Source: Tubiluchus corallicola (taxonomy: Eukaryota > Animalia > Priapulida). From it: a stretch of DNA of 13,661 bases. Positions 10,477-13,661 of this stretch are shown here, piece by piece. Every line of letters starts with the position of its first letter. Position 1 is the stretch's first letter. The position numbers were made by a program, and so were the translations under genes. The DNA lies in assembly GCA_030141605.1 (NCBI GenBank), contig JAQGDQ010002134.1:1-13661 (forward strand). Direction: 5' to 3'. The notes beneath the pieces were generated by a model. The model was not told the DNA's origin and made no database searches. It saw only the letters and a list, made by a program, of their open reading frames with translations.

Positions 10477-11558
10477 ATGCACGAACATTCCACATAGTCT
10501 TTGCTCGCTGCGCCTGAAATGATGGTAATAATCTAATAACATATACGGTTGCTACAGATAATGATGATAATAATGCACGAACATTCCACATAGTCTTTGC
10601 TCGCTGCGCCTGAAATGATGGTAATAATCTAATAACATATACGGTTGCTACAGATAATGATGATAATAATGCACGAACATTCCACATAGTCTTTGCTCGC
10701 TGCGCCTGAAATGATGGTAATAATCTAATAACATATACGGTTGCTACAGATAATTGTGATAATAATGCACGAACATTCCACATAGTTTTTGCTTGCTGCG
10801 CATGAACTGATGGTAATAATCTAATAGCATATACGGTTACTACAGATAATGGTGATAATAATGCACGAACATTCCACATAGTCTTTGCTTGCTGCGCATG
10901 AACTGATGGTAATAATCTAATAGCATATACGGTTGCTACAGATAATGGTGATAATAATGCACGAACATTCCACATAGTCTTTGCTTGCTGCGCATGAACT
11001 GATGGTAATAATCTAATAACATATACGGTTGCTACAGATAATGGTGATAATAATGCACGAACATTCCACATAGTCTTTGCTTGCTGCGCCTGAAATGGTG
11101 GTAATAATCCAATAACATATACGGTTGCTACAGATAATGGTGATAATAATGCACGAACATTCCACATAGTCTTTGCTCGCTGCGCCTGAACTGATGGTAA
11201 TAATCTAATAACATATACGGTTGCTACAGATAATGATGATAATAATGCACGAACATTCCACATAGTCTTTGCTCGCTGCGCCTGAAATGATGGTAATAAT
11301 CTAATAACATATACGGTTGCTACAGATAATGATGATAATAATGCACGAACATTCCACATAGTCTTTGCTCGCTGCGCCTGAAATGATGGTAATAATCTAA
11401 TAACATATACGGTTGCTACAGATAATGATGATAATAATGCACGAACATTCCACATAGTCTTTGCTCGCTGCGCCTGAAATGATGGTAATAATCTAATAAC
11501 ATATACGGTTGCTACAGATAATGGTGATAATAATGCACGAACATTCCACATAGTCTTT
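10477..11558. repeat. 96-bp minisatellite, 11.3 copies
   Basis: ATGCACGAACATTCCACATAGTCTTTG... recurs every 96 bp from 10477 to 11533, with few substitutions and no indels. Confidence 0.98.
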
Positions 11559-11865
11559 ACCCAATAAAGTGAGAGTATATGGATGCGTTCCAACTCTCGT
11601 AAAAGTCTGAGGCTCACCAGACACGACTAGTCTATATCCGTGTAAACATATGCGTCAGCGAATGTAGGAACTTTCATCAGCATAAGAGGTTGTTGGCGAG
11701 AGTTGAGCGCCAATCATTCCTTGGGTTAATGTAATTGCTAATCAAAGTTAATAGCATTGATTGCACTTTCTTGATGCAGGCAGGAAGAAGCTGTAGATGA
11801 AGTCGCTCAGAAAAATTTCGACAATTATCAGCCGGAGCAACTCCGAGGAAGGGAGCACTATGCCT

Positions 11866-11882
11866 ATGACGATGATGATGAT

Positions 11883-11924
<42 letters not shown>

Positions 11925-12042
11925 AATGACAATGACAATGACAATGACAATGACAATGACAATGACAATGACAATGACAATGACAATGACAATGACAATG
12001 ACAATGACAATGACAATGACAATGACAATGACAATGATAATG

Positions 12043-12094
<52 letters not shown>

Positions 12095-12110
12095 GAATAA
12101 CAACAATAAT
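11866..12110. repeat. Compound graded microsatellite (GAT)n-(GACGAT)n-(GACAAT)n-(GATAAT)n-(AAT)n
   Basis: Directly visible. A minus-strand AATAAA (12117-12112) lies beside it. Confidence 0.97.
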
Positions 12111-12120
12111 CTTTATTTAA

Positions 12121-12746
12121 AGCAAAAACCGGACCCAATCTTAAACTGTAGTCAAAACAATCTACATTTTAAAATATTGAAAAGAAACGTACTATTTTTT
12201 TCAAAAATGACTTACGTGAAAGAATTATTACCACAAAAACATAATTTCGCGTTCACGCCACTAGTTCTTCGCTGTTACATGCATTTCACCATTCGCTAGT
12301 TAGACGGGCTCTAGCGCCAGCATTTCGGAAGCTCATTGCACAAAATATAACAGGTGCTGTACCTGTCAGTATAGATGTGCTAGTTTGTGACGGACTGCAC
12401 ACGTTCGACTGCACACAGCGGTAAATTTGAAATTTGAATTTTTATCTTAAAACTTGCGTAGTTTTAGTACAACACACTGAATCTCATACAGTAACACTGT
12501 ACTTCAATTTTCACTTTCGCAAACACGTGCAACATGCTCGTGGAATATTTTTGCTGTTAAATTATGTTAGTTTGTGATGTCATCAATAGTTGGGCTCGCG
12601 CATCGTTAATTAAGTTTTTAATCTATTATCTAATTACCAGAAACGCTTTTGCAGTATTTTTAGTATACTTTTATATACTACAAAACTATACTTTTTATCG
12701 TACTCGAAAATGGCTTAGCATTTTCCTAAAATCATCCTGTCTTCCT
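12121..12746 (-). mobile_element. Non-autonomous TTAA-flanked DNA transposon (Kolobok-like), copy 2, 626 bp, inverted relative to copy 1
   Basis: TTAA at 12117-12120 and 12747-12750. The reverse complement is collinear with 9410-10026 over the whole length, roughly 80% identical by eye with small indels. Confidence 0.8.
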
Positions 12747-13163
12747 TTAACAGACTGATCTTGTACTTTTTCACTGTATGTGTTACGTTACATACACCTT
12801 ATCTATAACTGTTGACTACAAGCTATAACTATACACTTATCTGTACATGTTGTGTATACTTTCTGATTAAGCTACCTCTGCCCTAAAAACGATAGTGACA
12901 TTTTTTCGCTTCTTGCGTGACGTGATCGCAAATATATAAAGATTAGAAGTGCTGTATGTATGAGTTGACAAAATGCAAATACAGGTTAGTAATGCGAGGT
13001 GTTACCGCTGACAGGTGCGAAAAATTAACAGGTAAACCCGCAAGGTAAACAGCTTGGAGTTTATTATGACCAAATCGTGGCTTCACGAAAAATGTTACCA
13101 ATAAATTATCTAAAACTTCACTCTGGTTTAAGAGGTTTATTAATAGACTTTTCACTAAAAATA

Positions 13164-13639
<476 letters not shown>

Positions 13640-13661
13640 GCATCGCATACGACCTTACATC

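Noticed and set aside
10475-11617. 380-aa repeat-protein CDS
   Set aside because: GTG start, almost entirely within a 96-bp tandem array, mostly non-synonymous unit differences and no recognisable domain.

Overview
This is AT-rich animal (bilaterian invertebrate) genomic DNA, not prokaryotic. The one credible gene is the first coding exon of an anterior Hox gene, labial/Hox1, on the minus strand (ATG 4892 to a phase-1 GT donor at 4294, with the PG1 hexapeptide TYKWMQLKRN). No homeobox exon is visible, so it is probably left of position 1, behind an intron of at least 4.3 kb. Just upstream is a CpG-rich promoter-like segment with a perfect GGTCACGTGACC E-box palindrome, a CCAAT box and Pbx/Hox-type sites. 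The rest is repeat-rich: CR1/L2-like LINE 3' ends with microsatellite tails (two form a ~300-bp fold-back), a tRNA-derived SINE-like head, two inverted TTAA-flanked Kolobok-like elements, a 44 x 29-bp palindromic minisatellite, an 11 x 96-bp minisatellite and long microsatellites. Most ORFs in the track are repeat artefacts. I see no CRISPR array and cannot demonstrate a new system. The best speculative lead is the 29-bp array, which multimerises the same Pbx-Hox-type 8-mer found in the promoter. All alignments and counts were done by eye.
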